Source: Amoebophrya sp. A120
Taxonomy: Eukaryota > Protista > Dinoflagellata
DNA length: 64,000 nt
Assembly (NCBI GenBank): GCA_905178155.1
Contig: CAJINV010000008.1
Coordinates: 1,922,001-1,986,000, forward strand
Reading direction: 5' to 3'
The notes below the pieces were generated by a model. That model was given only the letters and a program-made list of their open reading frames with translations. It did not search any database and was not told the DNA's origin. Positions 48,301-59,526 of this stretch are shown here, in pieces (the stretch's first letter is position 1; the number at the start of each line of letters is the position of its first letter). The translations under genes and the position numbers were made by a program.

Positions 48301-51300
48301 CGGCCGAGACCCTCCGACGGGTCCACCATGATGCCCGCCAACTTTACGTGTTGCTCAGACTGCAGCCTGCTCTGCGAATCGTCCACGACCGCGGTAAAGC
48401 GGAAGTCGGTCAGCCGGCCGGTGTGCATCCCCCGCTGGTCGCGTGCCAGGGTTCGCCGATAAGTGCGCCACTTCACGGCGCCGCCAGAACCGGAACGCGC
48501 TTTGCTACTGCTAGCAGCTCCCCCGCCCACTTCCCGCATGCCGTGCCACAGCCAGCGCAATCGCACGCGCCAAAGCAAAAAAGTACGCACCATCGGTCCC
48601 CACAGCCGTAGACGTTGCTCGAACGCTTCGGCATCGGCTGGTGCTTGCGGACGCTTCTTATACCCCGTTCTCAAACTCGCCTCCATTTCCCGTTTTCCAA
48701 CTTGTCTTTTCCACATCCGCTGCCGATCCTCCGCGAGCATCCTGCAATATTTCAAAAAAAAACTAATCTCTTTGTTAGGCTGCGATTGGCATAGCTTTGC
48801 GTCCAGCGGTATTTTTTGAGCAGGTTTCATGTTCACGTACTGTTTCCAGTGAGGTAGTAGTTCCTCCGACCTTGTTCCAACCCAAAAGTCCTCTCCTGGA
48901 GTCGAAGGCTCGTACGCCATTCGTAGCGGATCCGTCCACTCCTGAACGCGAAATCCTTGCCCATTCTCAGGCCTTGGAATATATGATCTACCGAGGATGC
49001 CCGCTCGAGCATAAAGCCCCGCCTGTGACGCCGGAAAGGGTTCCCATTCGGAAGGCTCTTCCCCCAAGTCTCCGTAATTGTATGCTATTTGCATCTGCGC
49101 GAAAAAAAAAATGCCTTTCATCCCGCCTGCTGCTTCTCCCCAGTTTTCCAGCTGCCGCCAATCATGCCCTTGCCCGAAAGGTTCGAGCTGCAGTGTAGTG
49201 TAGTCCTTTTCTAAATCCTTTGTCTCTTTAAGCTCTTTCGTATCGGTTCCAGCCCCTTTTCCACAGGTGAAAGGACCGGAAGCGCCCGGGTCTTGGGAAG
49301 CTGCACCATTCCCCTCGTCCTTAGTCGAGATCTCCACCCGCTGCACACTAAACATCTCCCCGGCCAAGTGCAAATGTAGTTCCGGTCTTTCGCATCCCGC
49401 CCTGCTCGCCGCAAACTGACAGCTCCTACACTTATTCATACAAGCCATTTCCCCGGGGAGCGTCTCCCATCGCTTTCGCAACTTGGCTTGCACCGCGCGA
49501 GCCTCCTTCTCCCACCGTGCGAAATCCTCGTGTTTGAAGTAAGTGCTGGGTTCTCGGAGCAGGACTTGCAACGATGCGGCGCTGGTAGCAGGTGCGGCGG
49601 TCGTCCGCGAATCCTCGTCCAGCGGTGTTCCAGCAGCGGTAAGCTGAAACAAAAGCCACATGTCGGCACAAGCCGATGGCTGCTGCATGCCCAGGCCGTG
49701 CAGGCACAGGAGTTGTCCTTGCTGAATTATCCCACTGGCGACCGACAACGGCAACAATTGCTCCTGGATAAATTTTCGGTCCGGCACAAACACCAGTTGG
49801 AGAAGTTTCGCGGCGGGTACGGACTGCAACTCCACTGGTTGGGCGGCGCCGCCGAACCGCTCAAATAAGTTGTCAAACTCGTCTTTTTTTACCTGATCGT
49901 GGAGCAGGGGTTTCGCAGGGTGCTTCTCAAGCTGAAAGTGGTCGTGCAAAAATTGTGACAGCTCAACCACGTCGCGCGCCCCCTCGGGGTCCAGACCCGC
50001 CCACTGCGACATGAACGATCGACACTCGATCTCCAGTGGGTGGTCCCCCTTCGCGGGCTGGTTCCGCCGCAGAACCGTGGCGGCTGCCGGGCGGACCTCG
50101 GTACTGGCTCCAAACCTTAGCCACGACGCGTGGTCGTCCCAAAATCGCAGGCTATCGGGCTGCGCGCCGCACAAGTGCGGCAGGTCAATCTGCTGACGAA
50201 AGTATCTCCGGAACGTCGCCGCCTGATCCTGGCTCCCGATGATCCCAAACGCTTGCAGACTGCTCTCCAGCAAAAAGGCGAAGTTGGCGTAGATGCGCAG
50301 ACTAGCCGCCCAGGCGCGCGCCGGTAGCGCCTTCTGATCCCGATTGTCGTAGTTTTGCAAGAGATATGCTGTGCAAAAGTATCGTACTCGTATAAATGCA
50401 ATACAAATTTTCTCAGCATGAGAAATGAAATTTGTAATGCGGAATTACCTTAATAGTGCATGATTGCAATACGAGTACGATACTTTTGCACAGGATAAGA
50501 GAAACTGCTTTTCCGGCGGGCCACTTTGCAGGGACCGGTCCACCATCCACTCCACGAGCAGCCACAGCTCTTCCAAGCCACGCAACGCAAGTTCTACGTC
50601 CTCTGTGGAGGTGGCAGACGGTGTGTTCATCCAGTACTCCGGAATGTGCATTTTTGGCAACACCATCGGAACGAGGAACTCCAGCACGAAGTTCAACAGC
50701 TGAGCGCGGCCGCCGCTGCGTTTCTCCGGCCAAAGGTCCGTCACATCCAGGGTTGCATCCTGGTGCCGCAGCTGCGTCCCCGCTGCGGAGTCGAAGACAC
50801 TGACAAGCCGAGCAAGAACCGCGAGGCGCGGTGGGAGCGCGTGCCCCGCTGCTTCGCCGGGTGATGCTGAGGATGCGGGACCAGCAGGCGTTTTGCTCGA
50901 TGCTGCTTTTTTTCCGCAAAACAGCAAGCCACCTGTACACAGCTCACGGACACAAGACCATCCATCCGCCCTCATGGTCTCCTGGTGGTTCATCTCGGTG
51001 CTTGCTTTACACGCGGATTTCAATTTTCGCACAGCAGCTACAAACCATTCAGAACTGTCTTCGTTTGACTCCGCCGGCTGTCGTGCGTCCTCCGCAATCA
51101 GCTCCTGCCATGCTTTTTCTACCCCATTTCTTTGCTGCTGCGGCGACGAACTGCGTTTCTTGTAGGAGGTTCCAGTCTTCTTACTATCTGAATCCGCCAC
51201 TGACTTCACTGCTTGCGTCAACAACTTTGGCAATTGCGAAGCTTCGCTCACGAGCAGTTGTTTGGTCCGCTTGTTCAGCACGTCGGATTTCTTCTCCTGT

Positions 51301-53837
51301 ACGAACGTGGCCGTTTCGAGAATGGCCTTCGCGTCGACGTCCAATCTGCCCACCTGCGGTCCCTGTGCCTTTCCTGCTGCCGAAGATGCCTGCGCTGCCG
51401 ACTTTGCAAGCTTTTCTCGAATGCGATTCAGTTGCCGGGCCGTTTTCTCGGTACTGTACTCCAGAATCTGCAGCATGCTCCAGATTGCCGCGGTCGCACC
51501 CTCCTGCTTCGGCGCGTTGGGATCGGAACTCACGGCCGCCGGAGGCTCGATGTTGGCAACTTTAGGGTTGGCCCACAGTGCGGCGATGCCGTCCTGCAGG
51601 TCCAGCAGTAACGCCTCGCCGCCGAAAAGGCTGAAGTACTTGTAGAGACCCTTCCCCAGAAAAAACCGCGACCACGCCAGAAACGACTTGAAGCTGCAGT
51701 GGCCCGTTCGCTGCGGAGTTTGCCACAGGTCCTCCTCCTGCTCCGGACGCGCGCCCGCTGAAAAGAGTGTGTTCTCGCGGCTCGGAGGGGTCTTTGTACA
51801 GTGGGCCTGCAGGCGCGGAACGAGGTCGTCTTCCCCGCGGAACGGGGGCCGCAACTTCCTTTCTGCGTCCCGCTGTTTTATGTCGGCCATTTCCTTCAGC
51901 TCGACTATGGCAACCCAGCAGTTGGAATTCTGACCGAACAGTGCCTCGTAAGAAACATCTTCGTACAGCAGCAACGCTTGAATTTTCTGCTTTCCCGTGG
52001 CGTCCGTTAAGGCCGGATGATACTTCAAGACATTGCCGCCGGTATTGAAAAGCCGAACTTGGAGAAGCTTGCTTCCCTGAACCGTGTCAGCCTTCGGCGA
52101 CCACCGAACTTCCAGTACCAGGGCGTGGCCCCCGGATTCCAGATCGGGGTCTTTCTTCCAGGTTATCCCAGCCATGGCGACACCGTCGGTTAGCAATGCT
52201 CGAAGCATGTCGGATTTCAGCCGCTTCGCCCTCACACGAATCTCGCAAGCGAACTTCCACAGCTCGGGCGCCAGCTTCCCGGCGTTTACCTGCGGAGGCA
52301 TCACCGCATTCTGCGGCCTACTCCTCTCTTCCATTTTGTCCCTCTCCTGAAACACTAGGGCGCGTCTGTCGGATAAGGTCTTGCAATCATCTTCGACGTC
52401 CCCGCCTTCCGGCCGGACGAGTTCAGCTCCCTCCAGGCGATTCTGTGTGTTCGTCGATGTCGCAACCACCTTTTTGAAGTCGCTCCACTTTTTCACCAGC
52501 AGATTCTCCTCGGTCTGCGATCCTCCTTCCGCATTGTGTTTCCTCGTCCGCCCCGCCAACTCGGGAATCGCGAGCTTCAGAATCTTTTGGTCCAGGAGGG
52601 TTAATGCTTGCGGCTCAACCTTTTGGGGATTGTTCAACAAACGGTTCATCGCGGAGAACATCGTGCTGGCCGTATTCCCTTCGAGCTTCTTTTGATTCTG
52701 CTCCCACATTTTATCCCACTGCTTGCCTTCCGTATCCAATAGGAAGCGGTCCGCCAGGTGCCCGCTGTCATCCAATTTCACTCCGGCCACCCACTCGCCA
52801 CGCAGGGTGTGGGCGGCGAGCGCCGCGAGGTCCACCGCAGACACGCCAGTGGACGAGGCATACACCACCGGCTGCCGCGACCGTGCTTGGACAGGTCCCG
52901 CTTGCTCTCCGCAGGTGTGCGCCAGAGAATCAGTTAACATGCCAAAAAACTCGTGCGCGGAACGCGCCGCGGTCCCAAACATGCCCAGCATTCCTCGCTG
53001 CCGAATCGGTGCGAGTAGCGTCGACTCCGGTAAGACAAAAGGATTACCCTTATCACGTTTATCCGTATATCCTTGAAACCACTTCTGTACCACCTGGGGA
53101 TCCAGCGCCTCGCACTCCCCGATATCTGGAACTGTGCGGGCCGCGAGGTCTGCTGCAAACAGGTGACTCTTGCCGATGCGGAACAAATCTTCCATTGTTT
53201 GCAGGTTGACCTTGACCTTCTCCCCCCCGGTCAATGTTTGGTGCGGCGCGACCCCAGGTGCGGTCCCTTCCGCCTGTTGTTGCAACAGGGGCAGGGTGTC
53301 GTCGGGCTGCAGAAACATACCCGGCTGGACCAAAATCTCCGCTATCTTGGCGCAGCGTAGATTCTCTCCCGGGGGCAGCTCCTGGCCAGCGTGGTCCATT
53401 GGCCGCGCCGCGTGCAGGGCGAGGGGAATCCGGCCCGGTTGTCCGAATTGTTCGCACGCCGGGCTGCTGCCAGTGCCTGGCGTTGCTTGGCAGGCCTTCT
53501 CCCGGATTGCCTTCGCAATCGCGAGACCGAGCAGGTACTGCGAAGCTGGTTCCTGGACACCTTGAGGTTGCAGCTTTTGCTGTGCAAGTTGCTCGCCGAG
53601 GGACCTCTCCGGGTCACATGGCAGCCGCCCGACCTCCACCGCGGCGTTCCCGCGATGGAGGAGCCACACGGGAATTCCATCTGCCGTGACTAAACGACAG
53701 GAGCCAAGAAACGCGGTAAGAAAGGCGACATCCGCACACCGGCGAATAATTGCCCAACACTGACGCGATCTGCCGAGGACTCCACGCGTTCCGTTTTTCG
53801 CCTCGCTTCCGACCTGAGATGTAGACACGCGCATCAC
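30374..53837 (-). CDS. Giant DUF3638/DUF3645-type protein (~6987 aa) with N-terminal hydrophobic leader and cysteine-protease-like motifs
   Basis: Ten exons join in frame after removing 8 elements and one GT-AG intron (23464-2500 = 20964 nt). Motifs recognised from memory of the family: EQLFMGQGKS, VLIDEGDTIL, IAMPFKAAETP, VGYSGT, VIDTGA, YFDQPHTVGSDL, QGDARMRGL and the EQEQEQ run. Confidence 0.8.
32265..32520. mobile_element. Introner, GTCTGGGTCTGGAA family (degenerate), 256 bp
   Basis: TATCCACTGCAACTATGTCTAGGTCTGGAA...GACATCTTCTTTGCGTTTGATA; flanks diverged (ACACG/ACGAG); 261-nt removal gives VVSASSAVAGV. Confidence 0.82.
32757..33216. mobile_element. Introner, GGAAAAATCCCC type, 460 bp
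   Basis: TATCACAAGGGAAAATCTCC...GGGGATTTTTCCTCACGATA; flanks CCTGC(+AAA)/TCTGC; join reads EQQEMDTS. Confidence 0.8.
35707..35964. mobile_element. Introner, 258 bp
   Basis: CATAGAGGGCAAATGAGTGATCTT...AAGATCACTCATTTCCCCTCCATA; direct repeat GATGG; join reads ISKTILSFLST. Confidence 0.93.
36015..36336. mobile_element. Introner, GGAAAAATCCCC type, 322 bp
   Basis: TATTGTGAGGAAAAATCTCCCCTCCCCATATTGAAA...TTTCGATATGGGGAGGGGGGATTTTTCCTTTTGATA; direct repeat CTCCG; join reads SRTERSLFKD. Confidence 0.93.
37180..37420 (-). other. Canonical GT-AG intron (241 nt) containing introner-like internal sequence
   Basis: GTAAGT donor at 37420, CAG acceptor ending 37180, phase-0 join LSGRK|RTEAD; 37260-37318 resembles 55684-55744. 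Confidence 0.8.
37604..37917. mobile_element. Introner (degenerate TIR), 314 bp
   Basis: TATCGTGGGAAAAAATC...GATTTTTCAGTTTAATA; flanks GACTT/GACTC; join reads VSESNSFVEV. Confidence 0.82.
39535..39655. repeat. Coding 12-bp tandem repeat (CTCCTCCTCCTG)n, acidic EEQE tract
   Basis: Translates to EEQEEEDEEQEEEQEEEQ... in the giant protein. Confidence 0.85.
41114..41422. mobile_element. Introner, 309 bp
   Basis: TATTACAATGAAAAATACCCCCACCCC...GGGGTGGGGGGCACTTTTCACTGCAATA; direct repeat GAGCG at 41106-41110 (followed by extra CTG) and 41423-41427; join reads TAGPLPASDG. Confidence 0.88.
41772..41932. mobile_element. Short introner (161 bp) with ~57-bp TIR
   Basis: TATCACACAGAAAAAAACTGGCAGGTCATATTAGTAATGCAAAAACAAA.../...TTTGTTTTTGCATTACAAATATGCCCTGCCAGCTTTTTTCTGTGTGATA; direct repeat CCGTG; join reads PVTTAQFATH. 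Confidence 0.95.
50365..50497. mobile_element. Short introner (133 bp), 29-bp TIR
   Basis: TATGCTGTGCAAAAGTATCGTACTCGTAT...ATACGAGTACGATACTTTTGCACAGGATA; direct repeat AGAGA; join reads KQFLLQNY. Confidence 0.95.
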
Positions 53838-55155
53838 TTAGTGCGGCTGCTCGCGAAGTAGACTCAAGAAAATGCAGTAGCACACCATATTTATTCGCTC
53901 GCCGCGCATACTTGCCCGACAACTCCAATTTTACTCAGATTCTGCTGCAGTGTATTCAAAGAAATTCATATCCTCGAAAAGTCGAAAAAGGTCGTACGAA
54001 ATCATGGATTTACATTCAACGAAACAAATACTTCGCTGACGGTTTTCTTTACTGGTGTTTCCTTCATCATACAATCGCGGAATAGCTCAGAAGTATCAAG
54101 AAGTGCTTTTTTCCGGTTCACCTTCTTTCTCTTTCTACTATAATTTTCTTAGCCTATTCAAAAAAACCACAGCAACCTGTAGGAATTATTGACAGAAAGT
54201 GTCGACCTTGTCGTGTGCAATAGGTGCTGTTTGCACCTATAAACAAGCACCGTCCAAGACGATGCCAATGTAACAACGACGACGACAACGAAGACGATGT
54301 GAGCGACCCTGACGACCCCAAGTCTAAAATTTTCAAGTACTTCCAATTCTCGAGATACCGATAAGAGAGATTCACAGCTACGACTTCCTGCAGTTACGAA
54401 TTGCGCACACACGGCTATGTGTTGCCAAAATGCGCTGTTTCGCATGTGCTTCCAAAATGAGCCGAATTCCGTGGCTAAAGAGCTTCAATGGAACAACTTT
54501 GAACACAGCACGGAGAGGGAAACAGCACGGTCAGCCTGCTGAATGATACCTACTTTACTGAAATTCGGGCAGCACAAAATTACTTGTACAGGGAAATATT
54601 TTCCAAACCATTTTTGTACAATATTGAGACACACCCGCGTATTCAGGACAAGCACCGCCCTTGCATACCTCGCCGCCAGAAATATTGTACAGTGCCGTAA
54701 CCATAACTAGAGCGTCCAGGGCCCGCCACAAACATAACTCAGAGCACCGTATACATTATCAAACCAGGTTTCAGATATTACCATCGAAGAGCAGCAAGGC
54801 TTTGTCGAACATAAAGGTAACATAGTGTGACATGTCTTATTTTTAATTCTTCAACATACTTAATCTAACTTGAGTTACGACAGAACCCACTCTTCTGTCA
54901 AAACTCTTGCGTAAAAATGGCTGAAAGGAGAGGTCGAAGAATACGACTATCACCTGGAAATCACAACAAGAAGGGCTCAGGTCGATGTTGAACATACGGA
55001 GAACACAAGCAACCTGAGAATTCCTTGTGGCTCTTCCGAGGCGTTCGTGAGTCCCTCAAAAACCACTCACATCTGAGCCATCATGTCGCGTTGCGGATCT
55101 ACTTCGTCAAGATAAAAGCATGCACCCGAAGAACGAACCCAACAAGAACTACCGC

Positions 55156-57791
55156 TCAGATATAGTCCCAGGTCTTGTCCCTCTGCTCCCCCTTTTCTTC
55201 CGCGGTCTGCAGCTCGACCTCATACACGACCTGCTTCTTCCCCGCGGCGCGCTGCTCGGCGGCCGCCTTCATGCGCTGCCAGTTCAGCTTCTCCTGCCCC
55301 CGCTCACGGATGTCCTCCAGGTAGTACCGCCACTCGACCTGGTCGTAGAACCGCGTGTTCTGCCGGTCAATCTCCTCGTAGATCTTGATCATGTAGAAAC
55401 TCTTCTTCGCCAAAAAGTCCGCCCGGTTCAGGGTCTGGCAGATGGTGCTGATCTGCTGGATCTGGTGCCGGAACTTGATCTGGTGGTACCGCTCGCACCA
55501 CCGCCGCATGTCGATCTCCTCCCGCAGCAGCGCGCGAAACTTCTTCTTGGGAATCACGAACGCCGTGGCGCCGGCGCCGCGCGCGACCATGTACAGCTTC
55601 GTGAACTTCGTATGGATTGTAAAAGTGTCTGGGTCTGGAAGGTTGGAACTTGTAATGCTAGCTTTCCATACCTAGAAAATCTGTATTGCATAACCAACAA
55701 AAGTCGCAGCCTCTTTTGTCATGCAAAAACGCAGTTTCTCATGCGGATTGCCTATGAGAAAGCGTTTTGGGAAATTGTCATGCCGGACTGCATTCGGAAG
55801 TGTTTCCATCATGCACATTTTAGCATCACAAGTTTCCAGCCCCAGACATTTTTACATTTGATACTTCGCGTCCTTTACCCAGTCCCGGACGCCGTGCGCG
55901 TTCGGTCCCCCGTTCAGCACCTCGCCCATGCCGAAGACGAGACCTGCGTAGAGATGGGGAAAAAAAACAAATCTTTATAAACTGAAATGATGAATTCGTC
56001 CATGCAAAATACGTACACATGTAAGGTGGATAGCAATGCAGACCTGCGCATCAACATCCCATTTGCTTCGAACGTGTCGTCGCCGACACCGTGCGACAAC
56101 AAAAATACTCTTCGAAACAGAAAATGCATCGCGCATCGTCCTCGGGCGGAATACCGAGCACTGATACTACAGTTACAATTACAAAAAGAAAAACTTTAGT
56201 CTACAACTCGAAATAAACAGGTCAGACATTTTTTACTATTGCATTTATTTTCACTTCGCACCACTTGATGCGTCAACAAAACAATCATGAATGTGCATGA
56301 TACCTGGTTTGTCGAATTTGAGTATGGGCACTTTTGTGAAGGTCTTGCGCGTTTTCTCCCCCTCGTTCAGGACCGCGTTGCCGCTGCTGTCGTACATGAG
56401 TTGCGCTTGCGTTTCCGCCATGTTGAGCTCGACGTCGGCCAGAATTTCAAAATTCCCCTTCCGCGTGATGATCAAGTGCTCGGCTAAGTTGGTTCCCGGA
56501 CACAGCTCGCGGTCCACCTGGATGTTCCGCGTCTCCATGCACGCCGCAATCTTTCGCTTGAACGGCGGGATGTACTCGGAGAAAGGAATGCAGTGGTGCA
56601 CGCACGCGTAGGCCTGGGCCTGCGAAATGGCCTCCTGGTTTGACACCATCGCGGAAAACGTGTGGCGGGACAGCAGCCCGCACAGACACGCGGTCTTCGC
56701 CCGCACCGTTGCCGCCCGCGGCGTGTCGTTGATCAGAGCCAGCTCCCCGAAACTCTGACCCGGCCCCAGGGACGCGATGGGGCGGGCACCTTCCTGCAAC
56801 AAAATATCCACCTCGCCGAGGAACACACAGTAGAAGTGGTGGCCTGGAGTGATCGTTGATGATGATAGTAGAAATCGTCCTAAGGTGCACGAATGTTGAA
56901 CTTCTTATATATCATCTTCAGGCGACACTGGGCTCCTTCTCCTTGCTCGTAATATTTTCAATGAAGAAGTAAAGCTGCAACCACCTACCAGGTCAGAAAG
57001 TTCTTCGTGACCTCACTACACATGACCTTGTTCGAACAAATAAGTCGGGCTGACCTTAAGGTGAAATGGACGAGGAGTAAGTGCGCAGTAGCCAGAGGGC
57101 TTCTGGAAAAATCGAATGAATCATACCTGTGGTTCCTTTTCTGAATATGGTTTCTCCCGCTGTGAACTTCCTGACTTCCATTAGGCTCGCGGTTTTTACC
57201 AACTGCTTCACTGTCATGCGCTCGAAGAACTTGAAGTCCATTGCAATGATCAGTTCCGCTATGACGTGGTGAATCTTTTCCATCTCCCGGTTGGTTGCCT
57301 CACACTCCCGCATATGCACTGCAAACATGTTCGGGTCCGGAAGATTGTCATGCTCGGCTAACTCTAGAGAAAGTGAAAGAACATCAGATTTTCAAATATG
57401 CTGTAGCACAGCGCCATAGGTATATGATCGTCATGCTGCAAAACTACAGTCTATCACGTGCTTTACGTATAAATGTTGTAGTCACGTAAAAACTTGTTAT
57501 GCGTGGCCCCGGAGTAGACTGCTTGCCATTGCAATGATCCATTCATCTTCGTTCTCCATGTCTGTTAGCATCACAACACTTACACTCCCGAACGCGAGAT
57601 ATTATTTGCTGATCATACCGCACGTTCCTCCTTTGGGCGGCGGTCTGGATTTTTTTCATGCTCGCGTACTGGTTCATGATCCCAGCGACCTTGCTCATAG
57701 ACACCACCGGTCGCCCCTCCGCAATGGCTTTCTTCGCTCTCGCCAACTCGCCCCGCGTGTCCGGCGGCGCTGTGGCTGGACGGGTAGCCAT
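55156..57791 (-). CDS. Cyclic-nucleotide-binding protein with two cNMP domains (PKA-regulatory-subunit-like / CNBD)
   Basis: FTAGETIFRKG…FYCVFLGEV…GQSFGELALINDTPRAATV, then a second degenerate domain (KPGLVFGMGE). GT-AG introns 56844-57126 and 55944-56303 plus two introners. Start MATRP inferred. Confidence 0.85.
55611..55863. mobile_element. Introner, GTCTGGGTCTGGAA family, 253 bp
   Basis: TATGGATTGTAAAAGTGTCTGGGTCTGGAA...TTCCAGCCCCAGACATTTTTACATTTGATA; direct repeat CTTCG; join reads VKDAKFTKLYM. Confidence 0.95.
57313..57617. mobile_element. Introner (degenerate), 305 bp
   Basis: TATGCACTGCAAACATGTTCGGGTCCGGAA...TTTGCTGATCATA; direct repeat CCGCA; join reads RRNVRECEAT. Confidence 0.88.
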
Positions 57792-58881
57792 GGCGTGATG
57801 GTGTGGGGGGTCGTTCCGACGCGGGTACCTACTTCTTACTCTACGTATCGGACCTCGGGTATGGTATTGGCGCAGCAGTGATCTGTTGGGATTAATACTT
57901 AACAAGAGCAGAAAAACGGAGAAGGACTCACAAAGCCGAAAAAAAAACAGGGGGATTGAGTCAGGGGGTGCGTGAGAGGGGATGGGGAAAAAAACAGTGG
58001 CTATGTGGGACTACGGTAAACAACCTTCTGAATTCATCTACTATCAACCTCCTCGTTGCTGAAAAGGCAACAAAAAGGAAACAAACGACTGCATGCACAA
58101 ACGGCAGCTTAGGTGCGTCGAAAAAGCATCGGTAGATAGGAATCTGCCAGACAGTAGGACCGATGGTAGAGCCTCTGTGCGGGAAAATGTACACCGTGAT
58201 GATACTGTGGGTAGCTGTGACGTTTGGAAAAATGAAAAACGATGTTCACGATTCTTGCAAACACGACCTACGAGAGACGCCTGACGATATTTCGGAAATT
58301 ACCTGGATAATATGATCCACGTTCATTGGAAAAAAGAGCAGGAAAAAATTGAACGATGGCTTTGCACGAATCACGAGAAGGAGAAATATCAATACGGAAA
58401 AAATTGAAATCGCCTGGACTTCGAGTACCGATAATTTTTGCGGCGCACGATTCCACAATACATCACGACAGTGCGGTCTGCTTCTTCAGTATTGTAGAGC
58501 TTCTGTATACTATGAAGTTCTTGTAATCTTTCAGTTACAACGCTCTTGGTAAAAAGTGCCACGCTTGAATTGACCAGCTGTGGTGCTAGATGTATCTGGA
58601 GCAAGCTTGCGAACACGAGAAAACCTCACAAAGTTGTGGCGGAACATAGGAGTAAGAGCTCTTTTAATTCTGACACGCGCGCAATTTTTACGCGAACCTC
58701 ATTATGTTCGAGCTTTTCAGAAGATAAAAGTGATTCTTCGCGTCCTTCTAAGCATCTTCCCACGAATGCAAACAAATCCCGTAATGTGTACCAGAAACAG
58801 CGCAATCTGAGTTTTCGGTTATTTCCCCGAACATTCCTTCTACTTGGTCGGATGGAAATATCACGAGTTTTTGTTCTCTTC

Positions 58882-59193
58882 TCAATTCTGACTCGAACGC
58901 ACGTTTCCGCCACCACCGTTTACAGCAGTCGCACTGGCGTCGTTCTGCGCCGCGTACGAGGAAGTTTCGCCGGCACTCGTCCCCGTGGTCGTAGTTGACA
59001 GCAGAGGCAAAATCCAGCTGCCGTACACGTTGCGCACGAACTTTTTCCGCCGGAAGCACGCCATCAGAGTGAGCAACACCACGACTAGCATCAAAGAAGA
59101 GACGGACAAAAAGGGAAACAGACTCGTCCGGTCCATGCAGTGCACCGAGATCGCGCTCGACTCCGTGCAAGCAGCGAAGTACTGGACACACAA
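58882..59193 (-). CDS. Possible small single-pass membrane protein (exon; start unresolved)
   Basis: Hydrophobic run FPFLSVSSLMLVVVLLTLMACF followed by RRKK; same strand as all other genes; no family recognised. Confidence 0.35.
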   Translation of the reverse strand: MCVQYFAACTESSAISVHCMDRTSLFPFLSVSSLMLVVVLLTLMACFRRKKFVRNVYGSWILPLLSTTTTGTSAGETSSYAAQNDASATAVNGGGGNVRSSQN

Positions 59194-59526
59194 GAATCAC
59201 TTGGAAAAGAGTTTGTTCCTACTGCTGGACGTACTACCACAGAAAAGAGCACTTAACGAAGCAGCTCGACCAGAGACACGCATGGGTGCATGATGATATT
59301 GATGTTTTATTTCATCATAGGGCAGGACATCAGCAATTCGTGCAGCGGGGTGGGCAAAGAAATCCAGGTCGCCGTACGGGTCATTTTAGCCCTTATTTGC
59401 TGGCTTTTTGGGTGCAAGTGACTCTGGTTATGCTAAATCTGATAATTGCGCGCTTCGTATAAATACAAATTCGACCCGTCACAACAGGTACGCTTTTCGA
59501 CGCTGGCGCCAGCGGAACTACTCTTT

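Noticed and set aside
14089-55980. Long plus-strand ORFs (e.g. 14089-15231, 50831-51565, 55120-55980)
   Set aside because: Antisense shadows of GC-rich minus-strand exons with no recognisable motifs.
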